From: Pseudovirgaria hyperparasitica
Taxonomy: Eukaryota
Strand: one strand, 5' to 3'
Assembly: GCA_010093815.1 (NCBI GenBank)
Contig: ML996565.1
DNA: 64,000 nt
The notes under the pieces are model-generated. The model searched no databases, was not told the DNA's origin, and was given only the letters and a program-made list of their open reading frames with translations. A program made the position numbers and the translations under genes. Positions within the stretch are counted from its first letter, which is position 1, and every line of letters starts with the position of its first letter. Positions 49,955 to 63,263 of the stretch are shown one piece after another.

Positions 49955-50071
49955 ACACTGACACTAATGAACACTAATCAACACTGACACTGGCACTGGC
50001 ACTGACACTGACACTGACACTGACACTGACACTGACACTGACACTGACACTAACACCGGGCACGGGCACTG
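49955..50071. repeat. (ACACTG)n hexanucleotide microsatellite
   Basis: About 12 near-perfect units at 49981-50052 with degenerate flanks. Confidence 0.92.
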
Positions 50072-53000
50072 GCCCCTCTCGTTCTCGTCTTCCAGCTTAT
50101 AGTATAAAGATACAGTACCTTCTTTGATATAGGAAAGATGTGCAGTTGCTATCCGTCAGAAGCCGAGTAGGGCAACACGTGAAAGTGAATATGGCTGTGT
50201 TGTAAACCACCTAATACCTAGACAGTCTAATAAGTAATTAGGGGGCCTCTTCACTCCAGGTTCCACTAATACTAGTACAGTACTGTAGGACTCTGGTAAT
50301 TACCTCTTACCACCAGCACAGTCAGTGTAGGCGTACTAATTAGTTAATTATTTACAGCAGCCCAAAGATGGGCTGCGCGCGGGATGAACGGCTGGGCGGC
50401 TGGGCGGCTGGACACCCTCGGGCACCATGAATCCTACCCAACGTACTCTACTCTAGTGGTGGGCGGCTCTCTGGGCTCTCTGGGCTCTCTGGGCTCTGGT
50501 GGTGGGCGGTTCTGGGGCAGTCATTGCGGGATTAGCAGCCCACACACGCCCCAAGCTACCTGGGTTACCTGGGCTACCTGGCTACTTGGCTACTCATCAG
50601 GCTGTACTTAGGGGGGTTTGGTTGGGTTGATCAGGGCGGGGAGGCTAGGGGTACTGTACGGTATGTAGGTAAGAATAAGGTCAGTTAGCTGGGTTGGTAG
50701 GCCGGGCAGGGAGGTTCGGGGGCGGCTAGACGCAGGTATAACTGGTACCAATGCAGGTGGTTCACTTCCTTCGTGCAGCAGCAGCAGCAGCTAGGTAATC
50801 CGGACTACATCATCATCATCATCACCACCACCACCATCATCATTAATTCTTCCTTCTCAGCTTCCTCCTCCACATCCATCCATCCATCCTTCATCCTCTC
50901 CTCATCACCATCATCACCAACTCTCCATCTCCACATCATGCACGATCCTGCATCTCTTCCTGTATTCTGCCGTCAGCAAGGCCAATCGCTCGTTCATTGT
51001 ACTCCCAGCCCTCTACTAATACCTACTCATCCATCCTTCACCCTCCACTCCACCACGCCCTCCTCTGCTGCCACACCCGAAAACCCATCCTAACATGGTT
51101 ATATCTCCGCGTACCATCATCCTAGCTTGGTCCACCTGGCTCACGCAAATGTTTCAGTCAGTCCTCCGTCTTCACACTATTCATTCAAGCCACTCATCAA
51201 ACAAGCCTCAGATGCTGCCTCCATCTTCGTCCAATCTCTCCTCAGACGCTTCGTCTTGACCTTCCCCCTCTCCACCCGTAGCCATGCAGATCTTGCACCG
51301 ACCACTCTACTGCCCACGAGTCCACCAATGGTCAAAGCAAACGTTGCGCCACGCTATCTTTGTGGGTCCAGGGCTTTCTCCATGAAATAGTTCGTGCCAA
51401 GCTTCGTCCTGCATGTCAGACTCAGCCTTGACGGCCATACTGATCCTCATCCAAGAAAACTCCAGCAAGCTTTTCAGGATATCATTTTGAGCTCGTCCAT
51501 GACCACCGGAAGAATTATTGTTCGCTGTCTCTTTCTCCCCTGTGCTTCAACTCAATATTGCCAGACTCCCTCTTTTCCCATGCCACAGTTCAGGTTACTC
51601 CGGCTGTCCCTGGTCTTCATGTCTGTATACGAATACGGCCCTGTACATCCCACCAGCCTAAAACAGTGGGGTGCATCACTATATCTTGCTCCCACGGTCA
51701 TGGCTCCCGTGGCGCCTACCATCCTGCATATATCCTCGTCATTTCTCTGAGCCTTCATCTGTGACTGTGCCACAGATACAGGCAATTCAACCGCTTCTGG
51801 CTCATTACCCGGCCAAATTATGCGGTAATACAGGTACTCAGACCACGGCTGTCTGTATCACCTGCCGTGGACCTTCTAGAAGTTCTATAAATGTTCCCAT
51901 CGCCGGTACTTCAATGCCGTTGCGTTCACTGCCATTAATGACCATAGCAGGGAGTCTTTGGGGCCTTATGATCCTGCATATCCATCTAATCTTATAGGCT
52001 CAGTAATTCAACGACCGTTCATGGCGCCAAGTATGGGGAATGCAGATTCCAGGGCCGTGAGCAGAGGCAAGTACTACTCTGACCAACTATGATGAATAAG
52101 ATTCATCCAGGTCGTGTCCACTCAAATGGTCCATGCCGTGGCCCTGCTGCCCGAAAGTTTGGGAAACGGTGACATCCGGCTCCGAAGCCTATTGCTGCTC
52201 GTGAATAGTGCTGTTGGTGCTCTTCTCCCAAGGGCCAAACCTGTCCCGCCGGCCCAAAAGTAGCGGCTGGCACTAGCACGGAGACCCGCTCAGCGGAGTC
52301 GGAGATATCTGAGCATCCCGCGCCTATTTTACCAGGAACGTCCATCTCAGGCACACACTGCACAATACCATTACCATTACCATCCAAGTAGGACCCGCTG
52401 CTCTCCGAGGGACCCCCTAGCCCCCCACAAACGGGTCCCCCTCTTGCATCGGCACGCTTGGCTGCATATCTTGCATTTTCTTGCGCCATCGTACGGTCAT
52501 CGCATGTGCCAGATACCTCGGTCGTTTCCACTTGCCGGGGGGAAGAGGGAATCTTGGTGCGGACTTCCAGACAAAATTCCCACTTTTTTCTTTGACTTGC
52601 ACGACTCGGGCACTCGCTCTCTCGAGTGATCCTCGGGGCGGAGAGACCCGAAAAGCGCTCGCACACGTCCTTATTGAACGAGTTGGAAAACTAATATTAT
52701 GCGCCGGGAATCCATGTCCACTATGTAAATCTCGACTCAGGCTATATGACATATGCCGGTCTATATGATTCATCTGCGGATAAGGGATAGTCAGTCCCTT
52801 ACTGGGGACTTGTACAACGAGTGACTCGTGCTTGATGTTCTTGGAGAGGTATCGTTGTTTGTTTTTATCGCTGGTTGGCTGGTGGTCGGGAATCGTGGAT
52901 TGCTCTGCTGGATATATGGATTATCACGTTGGTATCGGGTTAGAATGCTTTGAAGTGCGTATGTAGTGTTTAATAATAAGCTACTAAGTAGCAGAGAATC

Positions 53001-53630
53001 TTTATATCTTGTACTAGCTATACACACCGCTATCCAGCTCTTTTCGATCGTACTCGTAAGCACAACACGGCTATTGGAAATACAGCTCTACTAAATAGAC
53101 AGAACATTTATCTTCTCTCTCCGCTATTTGAATATAGAGTAGCTAACCATGAAACATCCTTCCTGCCCGGAACTTTCTTCTCAGTTGGTTATATTCTACA
53201 GAGTAAGTACCCTCCATACCTCCCCATCACCATCCGTCGAATAGACACCCTAAACAGCAAGAACCTTCTATATTATAGACTCCGTAATCGTGATTCTGGC
53301 TCCTCGGGAGCGCACAAAGCCTCGTTTTCTCCCTATTTGGGGTAGTATGAGAAAAGTCACGTCTGGTTATTGATTATTAGCTATGCTAGATGTGCGGGTC
53401 ATGGCAATATGTGTGTTGTGGAATCTCTAGTGGTTTCTGGAGAGTGGGAAGTTGAGGATTTGCGTATGGTTGTGGTATTTGTATATATTCGCCTAATATA
53501 TTGTTGTGAAGTCCTTTCCCCCTTTTCCCCTTTTCCCCTTTTCTTTTGCTTTGCTTCGCTTCGCTTCTTCTAGCTTAGAGTCTCCTTTCCTCTCCTTTCC
53601 TCTCCTAATTCTAGGGTCTCTCCTCTCTCC

Positions 53631-54170
53631 TCACTGCCCCTCTCCATTCCCCTGTCTCTCCCCTCCCCTTCCTCTCTCCTCCTCGTTACCACAGTCTGCC
53701 GAAGGGGCGTTTCCTGGTTGTGATGCTGCTGCTGGTGCTGGTGCTGGTGCTGGTGCTGGTGATGATGCTGGTCTTCCTCCTCCTCCTCCTCCTCCCGCCA
53801 CAGTTTCATCCAGAAACACGAGCCTCCCATCCGGACTAAGCCCCATTCCGGCACGTAGCCTGGAGAGGTCGATGTCGAGGAGGGGGTATGCGGAAGCTGA
53901 AGTAGAAGCAGGAGTTGAAGCCGAAGCTGAAGCCGAAGCTGAAGCAGCCGGATCTACGACGGGCGTGTTTGGTTCTGGGGGTCTCTGGCGCGTTGGTTGA
54001 GGAGGGGGTGCTGGTGGTGAGGAGGTCGGTGAGGAGGTCGGTGAGGAAGTGGTTGTGGTAGGCTGTGTGGTCTGCGTAGTCTGCGTAGATAGGGGCGTAT
54101 TGGCAACTTGCATGTACGCGGCGCGGCGGAGGGTTTCTTTGCGGAGGTCGTTGCTGCGTGGAGATGGCAT
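53631..54170 (-). CDS. Low-complexity orphan ORF (179 aa from ATG 54170)
   Basis: CA-rich leader with caacaATG start context. Open frame through T/S/P-, SA-, G- and PA-repeats. No recognisable domain. Confidence 0.35.
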   Translation of the reverse strand: MPSPRSNDLRKETLRRAAYMQVANTPLSTQTTQTTQPTTTTSSPTSSPTSSPPAPPPQPTRQRPPEPNTPVVDPAASASASASASTPASTSASAYPLLDIDLSRLRAGMGLSPDGRLVFLDETVAGGGGGGGRPASSPAPAPAPAPAAASQPGNAPSADCGNEEERGRGGERQGNGEGQ

Positions 54171-55664
54171 TGTTGGTTTTTTGGTTGGTTGGTTGGTTGA
54201 GAAGGGGGTTTGTTGGGTGGGTGCGGACTGTGGCTTCTTTTGAGACTTGATTAATCTTTCGGTGGATGGCTTACATTGATATATGATCGGTCCAGAGAGT
54301 GACAATCGGAGGGGCTACGATGGTATAGTAGCAGATCTTGGGCTTATCGTTAGCAAACGCAAACACAAACGCAAACAGCTCCTTTCCAAAGCCACGTCAA
54401 GCGTGGATATACAGTTGAACAGAAAGGAGGGAGACAGGTGTCGGGAACGAGCATACTGGTGTAAATTGTACTGGAACGTATACGAAGCTTGGCTGGGGTA
54501 CTGCCGATTTGAATTCGATGTTCTTGGTGAGGTAGGTTGCTGAAGGACAAAGAGCAACAGAGGGTACGTGAACAGACGGTCTTATAATCGAGTCAAGTCG
54601 GCACACGGAGGTTTTCTGTGCGCAATAGCGAGAAGTGTGTGCGTTTGGACACCCCCCTTATTCATGATAGCTCCCACGCACAAATACCTAGAACAGCTGT
54701 ACGGTCTTGTTGGTCAAAGTGAACCAATATCAGACAAAAGTAATAAATCTTTTCGAGCATGACAGGTGAGGTATACGGCACCCTTCAACCCCCACACAGA
54801 CTTGAGCATCTCGCCGTATCTATGCAGACACATCTAACACACGCAAGGAAACCGCAGGATAACACAGCAGTGAGGCACGAAAGAGAAGGGAACACTGCCA
54901 TTTCTCATCTCCAGCTCGAAAGAAAAATAAGTCCGGAATAAAAAAGAAGGGGTAAGTGCAAGTATAAGTATCCACAGGATGCAGACAATCCCAACGACCT
55001 CTTTCTCGATCACAAAGAGTATCATACTAAGTTGAAAATGATATAGCACTATTGACAGGGTCGTCGGAAGGACAAAGGATAACGAAGATCCTGAGACTAA
55101 ATGAAAGAGACGGCCAGAACAAAGGATGATATTCTGCTCAAGTAGGCGTTGAGAGGAAGGTATGGACGGTCAAGAGTAGTACGACGTTCACAAAGCGTGC
55201 TACGTACGGGAACTACACAACAACACCACTGACAAAGACGTTGAGAGCAGAAAGAAGTTTGACGATAATGTGACTAGAAAGAACGAGACGGGAATAAAGA
55301 AAGGATTACACGCTGAGCTTTGTTAACTTCGAGGTTACGCTCAATTCTGCGTCGTAGCTCGATGTATTCTGTTCAGGTCCAACAGAGTTGTAGACCTAAT
55401 TAGTTTAGAGGTACGTTGGATATACTCATACTTACCCGTTGCAATATCGAAGATATGCCTCACACGTCGATACAAGACGAAGAGCCTCAATTTACTTAAC
55501 GCGTAGGTGGAGTAAACGGCCAGATAAGACATCAACGTTTCAGCTTCGTAGCTCTACTAAACGGCCCACACTGCAACCCTAAGTGCCTCTACACACGTTC
55601 CCACTCACTCATTTACACACCAGCTAACAACACCATCATTCCTCATCCAGTTCATCCGCCACAT

Positions 55665-58600
55665 CTACCTCGTATGCGCAAACCTCTTCCCATTCTCATC
55701 AGAATGGTCTCTCAGCGTCACATACCCGCTCTCCATCGCCGACGCCGCCGCATCCGTCGTTTCACCAATGATAAGCCCGCTCTTCCTCATATCCCGCTCC
55801 TCGCTCGCATGCTCCCTTTGATAAGGCGTATATGGCGGCCCACGTCCTGCTTCTCCGGCCCGCTGCCACGCCACCTCACACCCTTTGGCGATCAAGCCGG
55901 CGCTTGCGAAGCCGGTGCGTGTTTCGATGTCGAGGATGCGTGGAATGAGCCAGGCCCGTTGATCGGCGTTGGTGTATTGTACTCCTGCGAAGAAGAGGGG
56001 CATGGTGGAGGATATAAGGGCGGCACCAAGAGAAGGGTTGAGCGGCACATGGGATGCGGGCATGGAGATGCCAGCGGTGATGCGGCCGATTTCGTTGGCG
56101 ATAGGAGCGGTCATTGCTGCTGCGACGCCGGCGGCCATCATGGCTGCGGGAGGCATACACGGGTGGGAGCGGATCGTAATGATTCGTGCCATGTTGTACA
56201 GAGCCCAGATGTTGCAGATGTCGTAGCTGCGATATTGGGCTGCGTCGCCGAATGGCGTCGCGACTGGCTGATGATACTCGGCTGAGAGGGGCTGGAACTG
56301 AGGTCCTAGGTTTGATGCAAAGACATTGAGCGCTGCATTGATCTGCTGCCACTCTTCCAAGGCGAGTCTGAGCGCTTCCTCGAGGTCCAAGATGTCCTCA
56401 GGTTCGGCCTCCTTCGCTTTCCTCCCGTACTTGGCGTAAGATGATGGCATATGTATGTGTGAGCTCGAAGGAGCCATACCGAAGAACGGGATCTTTGGGA
56501 GAGCAGGGGGTCCTTGAGGCTGTGTCGGAGGTCGTCCCGTGGGGAAGCCTCCTTGAGGATCTTGGCCCGGAAGACCAAAGGGAGGTACTGCAGCAGTAGA
56601 TGCACCAGATACTCCCATGGAGTTCGCAATCTGGGTTCCAAAAGGATACCCACTTTGCGGAGCATTGACATTGCCAGAGTACGGAGTTTGTCCCATAGCA
56701 CCCGGAATATGAGGCATTCCGGAGCCAGGGCGGGCCATGCCCGGAGAAAGTCCACCGGCCGGTCGGCCCATAAGCGCAGCGAACATGCGTGGATCTGGTT
56801 TCCAGGCACCTCCTTGAGCTTCTATGGCTTGTATCTTCCTATCACGATCTCTCGCAGCAAAGTCCGCGATCCTACCGAGCATGAGTATGAAATGGTCATG
56901 TGTAGCGTAGGCAGCCTCAGATTTGCCGATGGGAGCTCGAGGTGGACAATCGCCCCATCGGCTGTAATCCAGCCTGTATTTATTAGCAGCTCTCATTTCC
57001 TCTTCGTCGCTTCGATGCTTACAGAAGTTTGTTTCCACTGATAATGCTTTGATAAGCGTCCTGTCGGCAGTACCACCAGAACAGATCCTGAAATAGCTCG
57101 AACTTAGTCATATCCAAGGCTCTAGGTATAGACTTCGTATCCATCGTCTCAAAGTCTTCGATAACGCGCCCTAGCTCATCATATCGCAGCTTCTTCCCAA
57201 TAATAGTACTAAGAATCTCTTCGTTGGGTAGAGGCATATCACTCCGGAAAATTGCAGCATGCGGACGGGGCTTCTGTGGAAGCGAGTATGCACTGAACTC
57301 GACCTTTCTATCATAGTCGGTTTGCTCGGCTTTCATGACTTTGGCAAGCTGAGTCATGCCTCGATAGTCAATCTCAACCAAAAGTTGCTTTGCTCCAACG
57401 AGATGACTGCTCCATTTCAGGTGATCCGCAGTCATCAGCTCGTAGAATCCCAAAAGCAGAGATGCTGCAAATGTAGTAACCTGTAATCGTTTCTTTGGGT
57501 GCCCAACGCTATGGTGAATGCGCTTCAGAGCATACGCGTAATGCTTGATGGACGGTGTGATAGAAGCGCCCTGCAAGCGCGCAATGTGCAGGCTACCGAT
57601 AGCCAGCATGGCGTGCAGAAGACCTTGGTTACCCAAAGCCATCATCGGCAGCGTGTATGTCCACAGACTCTGTTGTGAGGCAGGAACAGGCGTTTTCGAA
57701 AACATTGACTGCGTGTTGAGAGGATTGCGTTCATGGATCGACAGCATCGGGGCAGATGAATGAATGAAATGAGCAAACACCCGAGCAGTGTGCTCATTCT
57801 TCAGCGGATTAGCCACCCATTCGGCATGGTAATGGTCCAGAATGCCCTCATAGATGAATGCATCCATCCGCCGTATTGCCAAGTCACTCGTATGACTGCT
57901 GTACAGGCGCATGATCAAAGTAAAGTCGCGCTGATACTTCGGGCTGCTCATAGGGGCCTGATCCGTTGGCAGGTCGACATCCTCGTCAGAGTCGACGTCG
58001 TAATATTCGTCGTCATGATACTCAATGGCTGCTCTGTTAAGTATCTCCGTTGGCGTCAAGGTCTCCCTCTCCTCTTCGTAGGTGACAAGCTGGGCCTCTA
58101 AAGCCTTGGTATCAACCTGAGTACGTGTAGGCTGTGGTTCTGCAGGTCGGGAAAGAGTCAGCGACGCAGATAGGAGGAGTGGCAGGCAGCAACTGGGAGG
58201 AACAGGCGCGAGCTATGTATTGGGAAAGGCTCCGAGTAAGGTGCGCTAATCGAGACGTACCGAAAACTTGTTCTGTGGATAGCTTGATATCCTGCTCTTC
58301 TAGGCTATTCCGGTCGTCATGACTGTGATATGCGTTGAATCCGTCCATCATATTGTCTGGTATTTCTTGTACCGCTGAATAGTAATTATTACCTACTTGA
58401 GTATAGCTTGCTCCGTTGCCCATGGTTGGGGGTCCGGAGAACTGTACGCTAGCCTCAGACGAGATAGAAGGATGGTGGTGATAAATTGACTGCTGACTGT
58501 ATGCATAATTTCCTTGTGATTGTACGTGAGGTTGCATCGTGTGGTGAAAATTACTCTGTGGATTATCAGGGTAGGGAGACGCAGAAGGACCAGAGATGTG

Positions 58601-59305
58601 CGGTTGCATGCTCTGGCTGTAGTCCGCTGATGACGTGGGATAGTACCCAGGCACATTGAACGTTGTATGTGGTTGGGTGTTATTATGATATTGATACGTC
58701 GGCGACTGAAACTGGGGCGATTGTTGTAGTGGATATTCTGTAGAATGTTGGTGATATGGGCCGCCAACTGGCTGGCGTGATTGGAGGACATGATCAGGTG
58801 TGACGAGGTGTTGCTGCTGGAAGTGATGAGGTGTCTGCGGAGAAAGTTGATCGTGGGCGAGAACCGGGATTTGGCCAGTATCAATGTTTGCAAAATCGAA
58901 TTGCGTGGTTATAGGTCGTGGTTGGATAGGAGGGTGAGGGGCGATTACATTCGGACCGCCCGGAGGACGATATTGTTCGAAATCAGGTGGTCTAGCTCCA
59001 GGAATCACACCAGAATGATATGGCAATGTTCCAGTGACGCTTGCATGCCCAGGCCAGTCCCCTATGGGTGGTTTCCAGACAACACGAGGGTTGTATCCTT
59101 CACACTGGCGTTTCGACTTGATACAGTTACTGCAGATGGGCCGTTCTTCTCCGCATTTGATCCTTCGCTTACGACAGGTCAAGCAACCAGTTTTCGTTCT
59201 TTTTCTTAGCTTGGCACTGACGTTGGCTTGATTTCGTGTATTGCTCTTGTCGGTGCCGTTTTTCTGACCTTCAACGTCCGGATCGGAACTCTGGTGAGCT
59301 TCCAT
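55665..59305 (-). CDS. Zn(II)2Cys6 transcription factor with fungal-specific TF domain (exons 59305-58261, 58139-57023, 56973-55665)
   Basis: RKRTKTGCLTCRKRRIKCGEERPICSNCIKSKRQCEGY; GLLHAMLAIGSLHIA; LLLGFYE..W..HL.GA. Introns 58260-58140 (GTACGT..GCTGAC..CAG, 121 nt) and 57022-56974 (GTAAGC..GCTAAT..CAG) join three ORFs in frame. Confidence 0.92.
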
Positions 59306-62300
59306 GTCCGTGCACTGAAGAGAAGTGGCAGCCCACCGCGGCTGGCAGTCTAACGGCAACAATTGTAGGAGGGAGTTGGCACACTGAGAGGCCTCTGCAA
59401 CGACTTAAAAGGCGGAGACTAGCCACTATGAATAACCGACCGGCATAGCAGCCTTTAAGAGGCTGAAGGATGGGATGTCGTCAATTCCAAGCTGGAAAGG
59501 ATGGGAGACTTGACTCCACCAGGACAAAATGGCTTGCACTAGACGGCGTCTGGGGGAATGGCTGGCCGCTAGGAGCAATAGAGATCCGTGTTCTTTGGTG
59601 CGGGAAGTTAGATGATCGACTGCCGGCGGTAGACAAAGCCACTGGAGATCAACAGGGCTCAAGGATCCACCGTAGAAGAACGTGGAATAGATACGTTAGT
59701 GGAAGAGTCATGGGCAGCCAGACAAAAGATAGAAGAAGAAGATACAGATATGTATGGGGTGTATGGGGCGTATGGTGTATATCGCAAGACTAGGATATTA
59801 TGTAAATTGGAAAAGCCGTCGCCTGGTCGAGACGTTACGGGCGATATGCATGCAGGGGACTTGTGGGTGTGGTGGAAGAGCTCGTAATAGTATGGACAGG
59901 GACACTGGACAGGAAGAACAAATAGAGGAAGGACAAGGGTGAGAGGAGTAGCATGTATATAGTAGACGTCTTCGTTGAAGAATTCGTCATACACCGTAGA
60001 TAGATGGCCAGAGCAGACGTCGAGATCGAACCGGACCGCAGCTACAATGGAATGAACCAATGGTACGAGTCAACTGGAGGACGATAAGATGCTGTTGTGA
60101 CGAGCGGACAATGGGATATCGGAAGAACGGTAGTAGTGAGTGCGTAAACCTTAAACTAGAGTGTGAAGAAAGACGCAAAATATGTGAGAGGTCAATTCGG
60201 CCGGGGCTAATACTGTATCGAGTAGTGTGCGGCCCAGAGCGTCGGCCGCGGATAACAGTGGATGAACAGTGGATGTGCTACCCTAAGCCTAAATTTTGCT
60301 GCTGAATACTGCCAACTGACTTATAAGCCTGGCCAAGCTAGTCTGGTGAAATGTCCTTGTCCATGTCCTGATGTGGGGATGGGAGGGGAGAGGGGAGGGC
60401 AGAGAGGTTGTTTGTCCCATTCCACTTTCACCCTCCCAGCTAGATTGTATCTAAGAAAAGCACACGGTGCATGCGACCATCACCATGAATGCACGATGCT
60501 CGCTCCAGGGTATGGAGCGAGATGGCTAAATGGCTGCTACAGTTGGGGACTTTCTGCCTGGATGACTGCATATCCCTTCCATTGCCCCTGTCTGCATCCA
60601 ACCACGCCGAAATGCAGAGCAACCATTCACGAGCAGACAGACCTCGGCCGTCTTCGCATTGAATGGTGTACATCCATACTTTCCGTGCAGAATTAGACAC
60701 TTACAGTCGGCTTTGGCATTACTGTATACATTTGCCAAGAAGTAGTCTGGAGCTTGTTATGCACCGTTGGTCTACGATGTGAGAAGATGTGCAGAGCCTA
60801 CGCATGCTTCTGCACAACACACACACTGTCCGTACTAGGTAGCTGTTCCTGTGTCCCAACTACTTTCTAACATCATCATCATCATTATCAAGTCAATACA
60901 ACTCCTTAGAACCATCTCATAGCCTAGATCCGGTGGCGTTGGCATGATGTCGAAGCCCAAACTGTGCCACTTTCCAAGTTCTGCTCGAGGTTCGAGCGAG
61001 GAGAGGAATAGCGATATATCGAAACACTCACAACCTTTGTCCGCACAAGTATTGTTGCAAGGTTATCGTATTTGTCCAATTTTGTCGGCCTGATCGACCG
61101 GAAGCGCGGGTGGGTTCCTTGCTCTCCGCATTCTTGGACGATCCCACGCATGGCTTGCTAGTTCCCTCGTGTTATCCCTAAGCAAGACATGCCACCTCGA
61201 AGCCTTGTCTTGTCTCATGCAAGCCATTCTTTTCTCATATAGCGTCCAGACTTCGTATCTGCTCACACCTATCAGGTGTGCCGCTCCGCTATCGTGCGTT
61301 TAGTCATTTTATGAGCAATTCAGCTTCAGCTAGCCTCCCTCTCGCCTCGTGTGTCCCACCCAAGAGTATAGAGATCTGGTTCCAGTTGAGGGTGAGAGTT
61401 TGTGCAACTCGGACCTTTTTCTATGGTTCCGTTGTGCGTCTGGTTGAGGGCTCACTGAGTCGATCCATCAGATCCGGGTCAGTTGTCAAGCGCCAGGGAC
61501 CCCCCTTGCCGAAGCAAAATTGTGCCAGTACAGATGTCCAATTTCCCGATCAGGTTGGCTAAAAACTTCACAATATCATTGGCATTCCAGAATCATGATG
61601 CGGCTCTCAGCTACCATGAACCTCATCCCGTGGCCTTAAGGGCCCGTGGCGCCAACCCGTTTGATAGCCTGCCAAACGCCAAAAACAGGAGCCCCTCGTA
61701 TTTCCAACACCACGTTCTATAGTCCGACCGGGATAGATCCTCTGAATCGCTGCAGGGCGAACAAGCGCGCCTTCTCAGTCATATCAAGGCGGCACAGCTA
61801 AAAGAGAGCTTCTAGAGGCTCTCAACGCGACGACCGAAGCATCGAAGGTGAACCCTCTTTCCGTGTTCGCAAATTATGACTTGTCCGGCATACGCACGGT
61901 GCGACTTGCTTGGTGCTTTTCAAAGCTTGTTATACCAGCGCCATGTCTTAAAGAGCGTTTTGACAGTAAAGCGCAGTAGTGGTTCATAGTTCTACTACAG
62001 CTCAAGGAGATCGCGACCCGAGACGAGGACATCCGTAGTGCTCAAGAGCCCGAATCGTCCCACACAGCGACCCTTGCCCTGCGGGAGTCGATTGAGGCAC
62101 GACAGCATGTCAGCGTCTGGAAATTCCAAATTGTGCAGCATCGATAGAGATACTATGAACTCTCAAAGCGACATTTGGCTCTTCCTCTCATCGTTATGCA
62201 TCCTGCTGAATTACTATTTTTACCTCCTTTGCAACATGTTAAACTCGATCTCGGCCGACGGGTTCTCTTATAGGTATATATTCTGGTATCAACACACAAA

Positions 62301-63263
62301 AGTTGTGGATCATAACTGCATCAGTTCTGTGGTGACGATTTCTCTGCATGGTCTGTGGCCTTGAGCTTGGAAAATCAAGCTTCTCTTCTCAAGCTGCAAG
62401 CATTTGAAGAACGTTCCCGGTATCATAGGTGGAAAAACGCCAGCCTCGTGGGGTCTGGCATACCCCGGTCAATGATGAAGGGAGATATATTGTAGATTCC
62501 ATCTGATTGGGCTTTGCTGAGATCCAGACGCTGACTTTCGCTGGACATGGGTCTCTGCTCGACGACAAGTTGAGGCACACTTGTCTGTATTGAGGCACCT
62601 TGTCCGGGACTTGTCTAAGAAAGCTGGACATGGGGTCTTGTTTGAGTGCTGATTTTTTGTACGAGCTGAGACCTGATAGAACAAGATTAGTGAGGAGGAT
62701 GACCTGACTGCGTCGCGCACGCCGACTCAGTATTCATTCCATCCATGCCCCGGGCCAGATGAAGCGCTCATGCTACCAATATATCTCGTGTACGTCCCTA
62801 GGATCTGAGAGAGTTGATCAAGTTCTATGGTATACAATCATGTCCATCATGCAGCCTACATCACTCGTTCTACCATTGCTTTCAAATATAATGGTTCGAT
62901 CCACATGCTTGTTCCCGAGCCCCCGAGGACGAGTGGAGCCCTTCGTCCCATGTCAGCCACGCCATATGTACGATGTGTTCACTATGCTATTTTCCTCCCC
63001 ACTTGCCGAGCTTTGCCTTCCAATGCTACCACTAATTAGTGAACAGCTCTGATTCTTTACCCACTCAGATTCCCGAGGTTCCGACCTAATTGAGCCCTAC
63101 ATTAAATGCTTTTCCCGTTAACAATCTCCTAAACTCCCTCGCAAAATGCATCAGCTCTTTTTCTAGTTTCATGATTTATGGGTCTGATGTGTGTTTCGTG
63201 ATCGATTGCATTACAGCATCTCAACCTTCGAGGCACCACTGGTGATCGCTTGGTCGATGCGTA

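Noticed and set aside
52103..52666. 187-aa minus-strand ORF
   Set aside because: GC-rich promoter-like DNA, non-ATG start, no recognisable protein features.
55574..55583. CAACCCTAA telomere-like words (also at ~43342)
   Set aside because: Single units only; no array or telomerase-RNA context.
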